Position numbers and translations under genes: made by a program. From an uncultured virus (IMG/VR IMGVR_UViG_3300021255_003627) (lineage: Duplodnaviria; Heunggongvirae; Uroviricota; Caudoviricetes), in the IMG/VR virus record IMGVR_UViG_3300021255_003627: a DNA stretch of 64,000 bases. The stretch is one strand, 5' to 3'. A model generated the notes under the pieces. The model was given only the letters and a program-made list of their open reading frames with translations. It was not told the DNA's origin and made no database searches. Below, piece after piece: positions 21,919 through 31,913 of this stretch; the stretch's first letter is position 1; the number at the start of each line of letters is the position of its first letter.

Positions 21919-22461
21919 TTAAATTGTAATCTTAAACAAATTGTCGTTAATCGAACAGTCTTTCTTTGCCGCGAATTTTATTGCGTCCTCCATGGTGACG
22001 CCATAATCCATAAGGGCTGATACATAATCTCCAGCACTGCCAATGGCGCCACACTCGCTCTCATCTAATGTACAATATGGTTTTCCTTTGTCGTCGAAAA
22101 AGAAAACGCCATGGAACAAGCCCTTAATCAAGATGAGGAAGCCGCCTAGTTCCGAGAAAGACTCTTCGTTGGTATACGAGAAATTTGTCACAAGATGGTC
22201 CTTGAAATTGTTCATAAACCGCAATGCGGAAGTTTTGTCACAAATTTCATTCACCCCATCGTCAGTATTGTATGTCAAGTCCGCATAATTGAAAAATACG
22301 TCTTTCGAATCTACGAGACCCGTTACGCCCAAGATTATTGAGTCGCCAATCAACTTAATTTTTTTCTCATCCTCACGTGCTATCTTGTGTCCGTACAACA
22401 CTCTTCCGTCCGCAACAACAGAAGTCCTATCGTTCTCAATGTTAAAACAAATTACGCTCAT
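21919..22461 (-). CDS. HslV/proteasome-beta-like Ntn hydrolase
   Basis: M-S-V-I start, VVADGRV, KKI, LGVTG, AIGSAG and AIKFAAKKD. Confidence 0.7.
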   Translation of the reverse strand: MSVICFNIENDRTSVVADGRVLYGHKIAREDEKKIKLIGDSIILGVTGLVDSKDVFFNYADLTYNTDDGVNEICDKTSALRFMNNFKDHLVTNFSYTNEESFSELGGFLILIKGLFHGVFFFDDKGKPYCTLDESECGAIGSAGDYVSALMDYGVTMEDAIKFAAKKDCSINDNLFKITI

Positions 22462-22586
22462 ACTTTCATAAATTGTTACTTGTGTTTGTCAGCAAAGATA
22501 TGAAAAAAATATCAAAAAAACAAATAAGGCTGTGTGGCGGTACAAAAAGTTTTCCGCCCAATTTGATATTTATAGTAAAAAAATAG

Positions 22587-22859
22587 ATGGACAAAGTTAT
22601 TTTTAAAGATTCTGACATATTGGAGGCAATGACCGCCCACTTGGACTACGATAGTGTGGTGTACGGTGCAAATGGACATTATGGTGTTGGGGCATATCAT
22701 GACATCACAAAGGTAAGCAGCGTCTTCGGTGATAAAGATTACAACAGCCAGTCAAATTTAGATGCGGCAAGCGGTTCTACGGCTGCTGATGTATTCGTGA
22801 CGAATGACGGAAAGATGGGAGAATGGTTCCAAAAAGCAGAGTGGCTGAGAGAATTCTAA
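22587..22859 (+). CDS. Hypothetical late protein
   Basis: 90-aa ORF after TATTTAT at 22567. Confidence 0.6.
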   Translation: MDKVIFKDSDILEAMTAHLDYDSVVYGANGHYGVGAYHDITKVSSVFGDKDYNSQSNLDAASGSTAADVFVTNDGKMGEWFQKAEWLREF

Positions 22860-22870
22860 ATCTAAAGACT

Positions 22871-23698
22871 ATGAAAAGAAGAGTTACAGAAAATGAACTA
22901 AAAGAGATGTTAAGGGAGTCAGTCAAGAAAGTATTATCCGAACTTGACTGGAGGACATATGCTAGTGCAGCAAAGAAAAACGACATATGGAGGCAAAACA
23001 ATCCTAAGCATAGGGCGAATCAATGGAATAGGTCTGGCGACTTCAGTATTGCTGCGAGAAAAGAGTTTGATAAGTCACATGGCTTGGAAGGACAGTATGA
23101 CGGCGAGCCGTATGGAGGTGAAAAAGGTACCATTAACTATAACATTTACAGCCGTGATAATGATGTAAGCGGTTCTCGCGTCCATGATTTTGGGGATAAA
23201 AACCCACATGGCCTAAAACATAACGTTTATCATATGTCCAAAAAATATGGTAAGAATGGTGGATACGGCAGAACTAGAATGTGGGACTTCGCGCACGAAA
23301 CGACCCCAGAGGAATTCTATGGTGATAAAGAAATGGCCAAGAAATTCCGAGATGCAGAAAAGGACGTTGAGGATTTCGAGAGCGGTAGAACACGCTACGT
23401 GAAAGGTAAAGGTTGGAGTAACGAGTCTAAGAGCCGTAGGAAAATAATGAGTGAATCCATGCGAAACAACCAAGACTACACACACTTCGCAGTAAATAAG
23501 GCGACTAACAAAATAGTTAATGGTTGGGATTACAGCGGATACGACCCAAGTGATTTGAGACAATTTAAGAAAGACTACTTTGACATAGACTTGGTAGATT
23601 ACGACCTTAATCCAAAGGACTACAAAATAGTCACCTCGAAATTCTTATTGAGGCAAGGCATCGACCCTGATAACAATGAGAATTGGGCAATGGCATAG
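22871..23698 (+). CDS. Two-module protein with VTENEL...ESVKKVLSE leader (putative capsid-internal protein)
   Basis: MKRRVTENELKEMLRESVKKVLSE; internal SNES...IMSES linker between the two modules. Confidence 0.6.
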   Translation: MKRRVTENELKEMLRESVKKVLSELDWRTYASAAKKNDIWRQNNPKHRANQWNRSGDFSIAARKEFDKSHGLEGQYDGEPYGGEKGTINYNIYSRDNDVSGSRVHDFGDKNPHGLKHNVYHMSKKYGKNGGYGRTRMWDFAHETTPEEFYGDKEMAKKFRDAEKDVEDFESGRTRYVKGKGWSNESKSRRKIMSESMRNNQDYTHFAVNKATNKIVNGWDYSGYDPSDLRQFKKDYFDIDLVDYDLNPKDYKIVTSKFLLRQGIDPDNNENWAMA

Positions 23699-23719
23699 AA
23701 GACGTCCAAATACGAAAAA

Positions 23720-23750
23720 AAATGAGCAGCCATTTATGGTTGCTCATTTA
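23720..23750. terminator. Bidirectional intrinsic terminator
   Basis: AAATGAGCAGCCAT-tt-ATGGTTGCTCATTT between convergent genes. Confidence 0.7.
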
Positions 23751-24520
23751 TTAGTGCCGCTAATGTACGTCGTCCTTTTATCTTCCTTGTCCCAATACCT
23801 AACAAGGTAGGTTATCTCCATATTGCCATTACCGTCATTTGCCTCTCCAATTATTTCGCTTGAAAAACACAATTCCCCATAACGATTTTTATTGAGAAAA
23901 CCAAGGAGTGCGATATACGAGTCTACCGCATCGAAGTTTTCCTTCTTCATTGCTCCGTTTTTGCCATAGACCCATTTGATGTCTGGGAATATTTCCGACA
24001 CTTTGTCCATCATTACAAACTTCTTGTCGATTGACCAAGGGTAGCTTCCGAACAAGACGAGTTTGCATTCTTTTATGTCCTTTAGGATTTTCTGTGAAGC
24101 GTATTGTTTTTCATCTTTTCCGTATTTTCTTACGGCCATTAATTCTGGGAATGAATATTTTCTAGCGTCATATGATGATATATAGTCAGGAACCACTCCT
24201 AGTTCATTGTATATGCAGTCTGCAATCATCCCGTTGAATCTCAATAGGGTTGATACTGTATTGACATTATTAGACCTCAGTAGTGGGCTTTCTATGACTA
24301 CTTTTGTAATACCTAGTTCCTTATATTTCTGTATAAAATCCTTGAGTGCCTTTTTCTTAAGGTGCAAGACTTCGTTTTCGTGTGTCTTTTTCGGTACTTT
24401 TGGGTTGATGTGCGTCAGTTCTAGTATCTTCCCGTACTCTGTATCGTCGTTTTCAAGGAGACAGATTCCGATTGTTTTCGTGCTGATGTCGAAGCCTAAG
24501 TATTTTTCGCCTTTTTCCAT
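23744..24520 (-). CDS. RuvC-like Holliday junction resolvase
   Basis: YLGFDISTKTIG, VVIESP and FDAVDSY acidic catalytic pattern. Confidence 0.8.
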   Translation of the reverse strand: MEKGEKYLGFDISTKTIGICLLENDDTEYGKILELTHINPKVPKKTHENEVLHLKKKALKDFIQKYKELGITKVVIESPLLRSNNVNTVSTLLRFNGMIADCIYNELGVVPDYISSYDARKYSFPELMAVRKYGKDEKQYASQKILKDIKECKLVLFGSYPWSIDKKFVMMDKVSEIFPDIKWVYGKNGAMKKENFDAVDSYIALLGFLNKNRYGELCFSSEIIGEANDGNGNMEITYLVRYWDKEDKRTTYISGTNK

Positions 24521-24608
24521 ATTTTAAGTAACTTTGTGGTTTGAAGATGTAATGCTCGCGCTCCATCTATCTTAATATAAAAGTCTTAACTATAACAGTT
24601 TCTTAAAA

Positions 24609-24640
24609 AATATATTTAAATAATAATATATTTAAATAAT
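24609..24640. repeat. Tandem 16-nt repeat x2 in a very AT-rich divergent spacer
   Basis: AATATATTTAAATAAT AATATATTTAAATAAT. Confidence 0.7.
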
Positions 24641-24712
24641 AATTTTAAAATATTTTCTAATATATTTGTATTTTATAACTTTTTTTTATATATTTGCAAA
24701 TATAATATCATT

Positions 24713-25003
24713 ATGATAGAGAATATATTAATAGACAAGAAACTTTCCAAAGCAATACAAGAGTATTGTGAGATTAACTCAATTGAGGACGTTTCCTCTT
24801 TTGCCAACAAATGTACGTTAAATGGTTTTAATGTTGTTAAGTATGGGACATCGCCAATGGACAACATAAGACGAGAGGAGTCTGGCGTAAGTGACGTATC
24901 CGTAAAAGAATACGCCCAACAAAGCGATAGTGATGAGGAACGTGTTGTTGAACCGAAGAAGCCTAAGATTGAATCAAGGAAAATTAAAATAGTAAAGAAG
25001 TGA
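24713..25003 (+). CDS. Hypothetical protein
   Basis: 96-aa ORF after a -7 promoter; overlaps the Rad50 start. Confidence 0.6.
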   Translation: MIENILIDKKLSKAIQEYCEINSIEDVSSFANKCTLNGFNVVKYGTSPMDNIRREESGVSDVSVKEYAQQSDSDEERVVEPKKPKIESRKIKIVKK

Positions 25004-27399
25004 TGATAGAGGTCAAAAGCAAGTCGAAAATACACTTACACTGGAAGGTCAACCCATATGACTACTCGAAGGAGAAATGCGATATATTGTCTGCGAAGGC
25101 GTCGAAGAAATATGGTATACCTAAAGATAGGATTAAGGTGATTCCTGATTTTGTCATCAAGGATGAGGCGTCCGATTCAATGGATTTCACTTCTGATGTA
25201 ATACAGAACATACAAGACCCAACCTTCCAAGTGAAGTTGTTTAAGGAATATCTTGATATTAACAATATTGAGGGTTATGATTTTGATTTAATAAAACAAA
25301 TAGATTCTGAAATAAATGGACAAATTGATTATCAAGTTTACGACAAGTATAGGAGATATTCTATCAAATGGGTACGATGGGATAATTTTCTCTCTTATGG
25401 AACCGACAACTATCTCGATTTTGGTTCTCTTAGGGGGCTTGTTCTACTAAGTGGTGAACCGCTTAATCAGTCTGGAAAAACAACCATGAGCGTCGACCTT
25501 TTACATTTCTTGTTATTTGGTAAAACGTCGAAAGCGGCAACTCAAGACAAAGTTTTCAACAAGCATCTTAGGGATGCGACGAATGTTGTTGTCGAGGGGT
25601 GTATAAACATTGACGGGAGTGACTATATTATAAAGAGGACACTAACAAGGCCCCAACTATCAAAGAGAAGTGACAAAAGCAAGACGACGCAGAAGGTTGA
25701 ATATTACAAGGTGACTAACGGTTCCTTGGAGGAACTTGAGGAATATACTGACAATTACCAAGAGGAAAACAGCATTAAGACCAACAAGGTTATCAAAGAG
25801 GCGATAGGAAGGGAAAGCGACTTTGATTTGATAATGTGCGTGACCGAGTCCACGCTCGACGAGTTGGTGCGGAAGAAGGAGACCGAGCGAGGCCGATTGT
25901 TGTCGAGGTGGATAGGTCTACTACCGTTAGAGGAAAAGGATGTGATTGCAAGGGAAACGTTCAACTCATCCGTGAAGCCGAAACTATCGTCCAACCAATA
26001 CAATGAGGAAGAACTGACGCAAGAAATCTCCGCATTTGAGATTAAGAGCAAGGAAAGCCTTGGCGAAAACAAGTCATTGGCTAAAGAGAACAAGGCGCTC
26101 GAAAAGGAGATTGGGGCGCTTGAGAAGACAATGGAAACCCTAATGTCATCGAAACAGAGCATTGATGACAACTTGCTGAAAATAGACATAACAACGTTAA
26201 AGGCGAAGATAGAGAGGAACATAGAGGACGGGAAGCGCAAAGCCCAAGAAATAAAGATGATAGACGCAGAGATGTCAAAGATTGGTGACGTTGAGTTCTC
26301 GGCGGATTTGTTTGATGAAAGATATAAGGCTTTGTCGAGTTTAAATGGGGAAATTGGCATTCTAGGCGAACAGTACAAGAATTTGGTTAAGCAATCGGAA
26401 CACCTCAAGAAGAGTGAAGTATGTCCAACGTGCGGTAGGAAACTTGACGGCGTGGATAACTCAAAGAAAATCGCAGAGATAGAAAAGGAGGTTGCTGAGA
26501 CCGAAAGTAAGGGGAAGGCAAAGCGTATGGAGGTTGACGCGCTTTCGAAGGAAATTGAGAAGATGAAAGCGGACAGGGACTTGTATCATAAGAAATCACA
26601 GTTGATGATGAAAAAGTCCGCATTAGAAGTCAATGTCGAGAAACTTCGCAACGAATATAAAGACAACGCTGCCCTAATGAAGGAATACGAGAGGAATTCA
26701 GCAGCAATTGACAAGAACAACAAGATAGACATTGAGGTCAGGAATACCAACAAAATAATATCTAGCAAGAGAGAGAACAAGGAAGCAAACCTATCAAAGA
26801 TTTCCTCAAACGAGACAAACATCAAATACTACAAAGAGCAGATTGAAGGTAGGAAGTCCATCATTAAAAAGTTGAAGGATGAGGAACATCTTGTAAAGAA
26901 CTGGAAGCTATACCTAGAACTTGTTGGAAAAAACGGCATTTCTAAAATGGTTCTTAGGAAGACCCTACCGATTATAAACGCAAGGCTATCAGAACTCTTG
27001 TGTGACGTGTGCGACTTCGACGTAGAACTTGCGATGACCAATAAGAACGATGTTATGTTTTATATTGTTAAAGATGGTGTCTACTCGGACTTGTCTAGTG
27101 GTAGTGGGTTTGAACTCACCGCAGCAGCCTTGGCGCTCAGGGCCGTCTTGGGTGAGATGTCGACAATACCAAAATGCTCATACGTTACATATGACGAAGT
27201 ATGGGGAAGAGTATCAAAGGAGAACTATGAGAATATGAGAAGGCTGCTAGAGAAAATATCCAAGTCCTTCGACGCCGTACTGCTCATATCTCACATAGAC
27301 GAGATAAAAGAATGGTGCAACACAAACATTGTTGTCAAGAAAGAAAACAACATAAGCAAGATAGTTGTGAATAACTCGGTCGCGTCCGAGAATGTTTAA
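25000..27399 (+). CDS. Rad50/SbcC-like ABC ATPase (gp46-like) with N-terminal extension
   Basis: NFLSYG, Walker A NQSGKTT, coiled coil with CPTC zinc hook, SGSGFE signature, YDEVWG Walker B, ISH H-loop. Confidence 0.9.
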   Translation: MMIEVKSKSKIHLHWKVNPYDYSKEKCDILSAKASKKYGIPKDRIKVIPDFVIKDEASDSMDFTSDVIQNIQDPTFQVKLFKEYLDINNIEGYDFDLIKQIDSEINGQIDYQVYDKYRRYSIKWVRWDNFLSYGTDNYLDFGSLRGLVLLSGEPLNQSGKTTMSVDLLHFLLFGKTSKAATQDKVFNKHLRDATNVVVEGCINIDGSDYIIKRTLTRPQLSKRSDKSKTTQKVEYYKVTNGSLEELEEYTDNYQEENSIKTNKVIKEAIGRESDFDLIMCVTESTLDELVRKKETERGRLLSRWIGLLPLEEKDVIARETFNSSVKPKLSSNQYNEEELTQEISAFEIKSKESLGENKSLAKENKALEKEIGALEKTMETLMSSKQSIDDNLLKIDITTLKAKIERNIEDGKRKAQEIKMIDAEMSKIGDVEFSADLFDERYKALSSLNGEIGILGEQYKNLVKQSEHLKKSEVCPTCGRKLDGVDNSKKIAEIEKEVAETESKGKAKRMEVDALSKEIEKMKADRDLYHKKSQLMMKKSALEVNVEKLRNEYKDNAALMKEYERNSAAIDKNNKIDIEVRNTNKIISSKRENKEANLSKISSNETNIKYYKEQIEGRKSIIKKLKDEEHLVKNWKLYLELVGKNGISKMVLRKTLPIINARLSELLCDVCDFDVELAMTNKNDVMFYIVKDGVYSDLSSGSGFELTAAALALRAVLGEMSTIPKCSYVTYDEVWGRVSKENYENMRRLLEKISKSFDAVLLISHIDEIKEWCNTNIVVKKENNISKIVVNNSVASENV

Positions 27400-27412
27400 C
27401 GTCTAACAAAAA

Positions 27413-28147
27413 ATGAACCAATATGCAAATGACTTCAACGAAACAGTAAGAAGGTATTATTCTGATTTGAAACCGTACAAGCCAATGACCAAGTCAATGG
27501 AAAGGAGGCTCTTCAAGAAATATAAGAAGGGCGACAAGGCTGCACGAAACAAAATACTCGAATCAAATCTTAAGTTCGTATTTGACATTGCTCGAAGGTA
27601 TACTGGCCGAGGCGTCTCAATTTCGGACCTAATTTCAGAGGGTAATATGGGTTTGTTAAAGGCAATTGAGAAATTTGATGAGACGAAAGGAGTCAAGTTC
27701 ATCTCATATGCCGTATGGTGGATTAGACAGTTTATGCAAGAAGCGATAAAGAAGAACAAACTCGTTGAACTTTGCGAGATTGAAATGTCTGTCAACAACG
27801 ACGATGCAATCGGAAATATGAAATTAGCACACGATGACGATTTGCCAAAGCCAAACGATAAATCTATCCACGAGCCGAGCGATGAGGAGGAAGCCTTTGA
27901 AAAAGAGGCGAACGACACATACAAGGAGGTCGTAAACAATATTATGCTCACACTTAGCGAGAGGGAACGTGACGTGATTGAATCATACTACGGCTTAAAC
28001 GACAACAAAGAACAGACGCTATTCAAAATCGGGGAAAAATACGACTTGTCAAGCGAAAGGGTTAGACAGATAAAGAAAACAGCAATAAGGAAACTCCGAA
28101 CAAATGTCCTTATGATGGATGGTTTGGAACATTTTCCATTCAAATGA
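27413..28147 (+). CDS. Phage sigma-70 family factor
   Basis: SNLKFVFDIARRY, DLISEGNMGL, KFISYAVWWIRQ and region 4 LSSERVRQI. Confidence 0.9.
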   Translation: MNQYANDFNETVRRYYSDLKPYKPMTKSMERRLFKKYKKGDKAARNKILESNLKFVFDIARRYTGRGVSISDLISEGNMGLLKAIEKFDETKGVKFISYAVWWIRQFMQEAIKKNKLVELCEIEMSVNNDDAIGNMKLAHDDDLPKPNDKSIHEPSDEEEAFEKEANDTYKEVVNNIMLTLSERERDVIESYYGLNDNKEQTLFKIGEKYDLSSERVRQIKKTAIRKLRTNVLMMDGLEHFPFK

Positions 28148-28171
28148 TATTTATAAAGAAAAACAATTATT

Positions 28172-28531
28172 ATGGCAAAAAAAACAACATCCACGAAAAA
28201 GCAGCAAAACAAGAAAGTGGTTAAGAAAGAAGATAACGTCATCAACGAGCCGATGCTCAAGCAAGAAGAGGTTTTAACGCAAGTACAAGAGGAGGACAAT
28301 ACTGCCGAGGACGACAAGAAACTCCACGATGAAGTACTCCAACAAGTCGCCAATGACATCCTAGCTGACAATGACAACAGTATCACAAAGGTAATGGACA
28401 TGCCTCGTGAGGAAATGGTTGAGAAAGCCAAGGAGAAAATCGACGATTTCAAGAAGAATAACAAGGAAACGGCCAAGAGGGTTGATAATATGTTCGGCTA
28501 TCTTTGGAACGGACAAGAAGTAGACTATTAA
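28172..28531 (+). CDS. Hypothetical late protein
   Basis: 119-aa ORF after TATTTAT at 28148. Confidence 0.6.
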   Translation: MAKKTTSTKKQQNKKVVKKEDNVINEPMLKQEEVLTQVQEEDNTAEDDKKLHDEVLQQVANDILADNDNSITKVMDMPREEMVEKAKEKIDDFKKNNKETAKRVDNMFGYLWNGQEVDY

Positions 28532-28533
28532 AC

Positions 28534-29124
28534 ATGAACGAGAATAGGAAAACTAGGGAGATGCTCAAGGTTCTCAGGAAACCAATCCATGAGAAACATG
28601 ACAGACTCACGAAAGATTTCGCTCCGCGAGAGAAGGTCCACAAGGACAATTACTTCAGAATCAGCCAAGCACTCATGGAAGAGGCCGTGATGAGTGAGTT
28701 TAGTAATAAAAAAACCTTGAATGAGGAGAATGAAGTTGACAATAACCACAGTGACAGCGTCGTGATAAAGAAGACGACGCCACAGTTCGGAGACGTGCGC
28801 ACCTCGCAAGAGGACATGATACGCAAGGCCGTCAATGACAACGTGAAGTTCTCCGATGATGCCTTGAGGTACTTTCCGAACGCGGATGATATGACGCTTG
28901 ACGGCGAAATACCGTCATTGAACCTCAAGTTTCAGTTTAGGTTCTCAGACCCGTCTGGTGATGGTGTCTACATATGGTGCGACTCAATGCAACTTACAGA
29001 CACAAATGCTAGGACCATAGGAAAGATTAGGGACGCATTCAGTAATTGGAGGAATTCAATCATACAAGACAATGACTTTATGGAAAAACTCAAGAATATG
29101 GTAAAAAATAACTCAGACGATTAA
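28534..29124 (+). CDS. Hypothetical protein (possible head protein with xxE processing sites)
   Basis: Start MNENRK; IHE, LMEE, VMSE and LNEE in the N-terminal third. Confidence 0.55.
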   Translation: MNENRKTREMLKVLRKPIHEKHDRLTKDFAPREKVHKDNYFRISQALMEEAVMSEFSNKKTLNEENEVDNNHSDSVVIKKTTPQFGDVRTSQEDMIRKAVNDNVKFSDDALRYFPNADDMTLDGEIPSLNLKFQFRFSDPSGDGVYIWCDSMQLTDTNARTIGKIRDAFSNWRNSIIQDNDFMEKLKNMVKNNSDD

Positions 29125-29143
29125 GCCTGAGTTATTTTTTTTT
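29104..29143. terminator. Bidirectional intrinsic terminator
   Basis: AAAATAACTCAG...CTGAGTTATTTT followed by poly-T. Confidence 0.75.
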
Positions 29144-29147
29144 CTGT

Positions 29148-29834
29148 TCATGGACGAGTCGTGATACGATGAATTTTGTCTCGCTTCCAATTGGTAAGTT
29201 TCTGTATCTTGTCAATCCATTGTACCTTATGTTTGCTTTTCGATATGTCGCCTATGAAGAAAATGTACTTTAACTTGTCGTTTGACGACTTCTTTTCTGC
29301 TAGGTTATAAAACCTGAGCGCATCTTTTTTGTTTTTACATATCACCATATCGAGGTTTCCGTCACATTCAATCAGAACCTTGTTGTTATACAAAACCATT
29401 GATTTGAATTTGTATTTGTTCCTTGCATCTTTGGATATGATATTGTCATATATCCAAGTGAAAGTCTTGCGCTGAAGTTTTGGGTGATAGCCATAGACCC
29501 AAAATGTCTCCTCAACAAAGTATTCGGCACGGTCTACAACTATCCAATCCTCGTCGTTCGTTTCATAATTGGTGAACTTACCATAAGAGTCCCTTACCTT
29601 GATTACCTTATCATCACCTTCTTGCCTCTCCTTGATTAGTATAATCTCGTACATCGATTCCGTCATGACGTGCTTAAGGTTGTTGTATTGTATGGGGAAC
29701 ACAACCTCCTTGTTTTCTTCAATGAGAGCATTAAACTTTTTGTAAGCCTTTTCTTCAGTTTCCCATGAAGATAGCGTTTTTTGTCTCTTTCCGTGATTGA
29801 CTAAAATGATGGAGTACTTTCTTTTTCTAGGCAT
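29148..29834 (-). CDS. Hypothetical basic protein
   Basis: Likely start MPRKRKY at 29834. Confidence 0.6.
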   Translation of the reverse strand: MPRKRKYSIILVNHGKRQKTLSSWETEEKAYKKFNALIEENKEVVFPIQYNNLKHVMTESMYEIILIKERQEGDDKVIKVRDSYGKFTNYETNDEDWIVVDRAEYFVEETFWVYGYHPKLQRKTFTWIYDNIISKDARNKYKFKSMVLYNNKVLIECDGNLDMVICKNKKDALRFYNLAEKKSSNDKLKYIFFIGDISKSKHKVQWIDKIQKLTNWKRDKIHRITTRP

Positions 29835-29926
29835 ATATAAAAAATAATATTTTTTTTGTTTTCTCAAAGAAATGACTTGTTTTTTTAACATTTTTTTTAT
29901 ATCTTTGCGGAAAACGAATAAAAAAA

Positions 29927-30220
29927 ATGGAATATATCAACAGAGGTTCTTTTATTTGCGACAACTGTAGAGAAGTGTGTAAGGGCGGTTGTCACGAAAA
30001 ACTTTCCGATATTATAAACGGAAATTTAAAGCATTATGAGGAAAATAAAGACTTGATAGGTAGAAAACAAATCATACATTGTTTGGGGAAGTATTGTGAG
30101 ACACCTTGTCATCTCCAGAGGGACGAATATACCCCATTCAATGAAGAAGATGGCTTAAAGCCATTATTCGCATTGATTAAATGGTTGGGTACGGAATTGA
30201 ATAATAGGTTTAAAGAATAA
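29927..30220 (+). CDS. Hypothetical Cys-rich (Zn-binding?) protein
   Basis: CDNCREVC...C and HCLGKYC..C motifs; follows a -7 promoter. Confidence 0.55.
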   Translation: MEYINRGSFICDNCREVCKGGCHEKLSDIINGNLKHYEENKDLIGRKQIIHCLGKYCETPCHLQRDEYTPFNEEDGLKPLFALIKWLGTELNNRFKE

Positions 30221-30224
30221 ACAT

Positions 30225-30683
30225 ATGAAAATTTTTAAAACATCTGAAGACGTGCTTGAGTTGGCACTTAATAAGTTCGAAGAAACGTCATTATCTGAAC
30301 TTGGAATTAACTTAAAGGTCTTGTCCACCTCGAAGGCAAAGAATGTTTTGAAGGTCTCTAGGGCTGGCGCAATTTTGAACAACTTGACGAACAACGACAT
30401 TATTCTTGTTATCTATGAAGAGGCATTTGATAGACTCACTGATGAACATAAAGAAAAACTTTTGGAAGGATGCCTAAGCAATGTGTCATATGACACGGAA
30501 AAAGATAAACTCAACGTGGATGGCGATATCGCAAGGGAGATTTTCCGTATGCGCAGGAAATATCAAGACTATGTGGACATCTTAGAGACATCTTATATTA
30601 CCATTGAACAAATTGAAGAAGAAGAAAAAGAGCGAAAAGAAGCAGAAAAATTAACTAAAAAAGCAAAAAAACAGAATAACTAA
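30225..30683 (+). CDS. Hypothetical protein (possible degenerate phage metallopeptidase fold)
   Basis: DIILVIYEEAFDRLTDE resembles that family but no HExxH is present. Confidence 0.45.
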   Translation: MKIFKTSEDVLELALNKFEETSLSELGINLKVLSTSKAKNVLKVSRAGAILNNLTNNDIILVIYEEAFDRLTDEHKEKLLEGCLSNVSYDTEKDKLNVDGDIAREIFRMRRKYQDYVDILETSYITIEQIEEEEKERKEAEKLTKKAKKQNN

Positions 30684-30726
30684 ATGAAAAGATGTGCGGT
30701 TCCTCGCACAAATTTATTATAAAAAA

Positions 30727-31380
30727 ATGAATAAAATAGGAACACTTGCGGATTTTAAACACTTTGCAAAAGACAAAGTCGGACTTAAGAACATTGTGTA
30801 CCCAACAATCGTAGAGGAACGAGACTCTGCCATGAGAGCATATGAAATGAATGTGTTCTCTCGCCTTATAAAAGAGAGAATTGTCTTCCTAAGCGGTGAA
30901 GTAAGCCAAGAGTCGATAGATACTATTGTCGCCCAATTGTTATATTTGGATTCTGTGGATAATAGGGACATAAATATTTACATATCAAGTCCAGGAGGAG
31001 ATTGTTATAGCGGCCTAGAACTAGTGTCAGTCATGGATTTTGTTAAAAGCGACGTCTCTACCACTGTGTTAGGTTTAGCGGCTTCAATGGGTGCGGTAAT
31101 CGCTTCTAACGGCGCAAAGGGAAAGAGATTTGTCCTACCATATTCTAGGTTTATGATACACCAACCACTTAGTTCCTTTGGTTATTCTAAGTTTACGGAT
31201 TCAAAGATAGCCCTACAAGAAATGGAAAGCGTGAGGGGTGACTTATATGAGATACTAGCCAAAAACAGTGGGAAAACCGTCGATGAAATCATATATCTAT
31301 GCGAGAACGGAGATAAGTGGTATAAAGGGGAGGAGATTATCAAGGAGAACTTTATGGATGCCTTGGTTACTAAAAAGTGA
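30727..31380 (+). CDS. clpP: ATP-dependent Clp protease proteolytic subunit
   Basis: VFSRLIKERIVFL, AQLLYL, YISSPGG, GLAASMGA (Ser), MIHQP (His), DKWY (Asp). Confidence 0.95.
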   Translation: MNKIGTLADFKHFAKDKVGLKNIVYPTIVEERDSAMRAYEMNVFSRLIKERIVFLSGEVSQESIDTIVAQLLYLDSVDNRDINIYISSPGGDCYSGLELVSVMDFVKSDVSTTVLGLAASMGAVIASNGAKGKRFVLPYSRFMIHQPLSSFGYSKFTDSKIALQEMESVRGDLYEILAKNSGKTVDEIIYLCENGDKWYKGEEIIKENFMDALVTKK

Positions 31381-31429
31381 CGCAATGGTATATTTATAGT
31401 AATATATGACATAAAAGGAGTAAAGTGCT

Positions 31430-31882
31430 ATGAAAAAAATATTCAGACTAACCGAGTCCGAACTCAAGGGGCTAGTCAGCGAAAGCGTACAAAGGATTCT
31501 CATGGAGCATGAAGGCGAAAAAATGCTACTCCAAGTGATAGCCCAAGGAATTGTGTCTAAAGGAACGTTGGAGTGTACAGATGGGACAAACGAGACAGAA
31601 GTCGCCTTGGGAGAGGATGAGTTTGCTAGCATCACATATGAGGTTCTCTCATCGCCATACTTTAAGAAAAGTGGGAGGAGGAGTACGTATGAGATGCCAG
31701 ACGATGAGATTGTTGACGACATTGAGATACAATCAGTTTCCATTTTTCATTGCATAGATGGGGAATGCAATGAGATATATGACGACGGCTTGGTCAAGGC
31801 GGCACTAGAAAAAACAGTTGTAATGTCGTATGACACGACAAGAATTCCTAGTGAGGATGAGTATTTTTACCATGAAGATTAA
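31430..31882 (+). CDS. Acidic protein with LTESEL...ESVQRILME leader (putative capsid-internal protein)
   Basis: MKKIFRLTESELKGLVSESVQRILME; TATTTAT at 31391. Confidence 0.6.
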   Translation: MKKIFRLTESELKGLVSESVQRILMEHEGEKMLLQVIAQGIVSKGTLECTDGTNETEVALGEDEFASITYEVLSSPYFKKSGRRSTYEMPDDEIVDDIEIQSVSIFHCIDGECNEIYDDGLVKAALEKTVVMSYDTTRIPSEDEYFYHED

Positions 31883-31913
31883 AATAAAATGATAAGAAAA
31901 AACATAAATTAAT

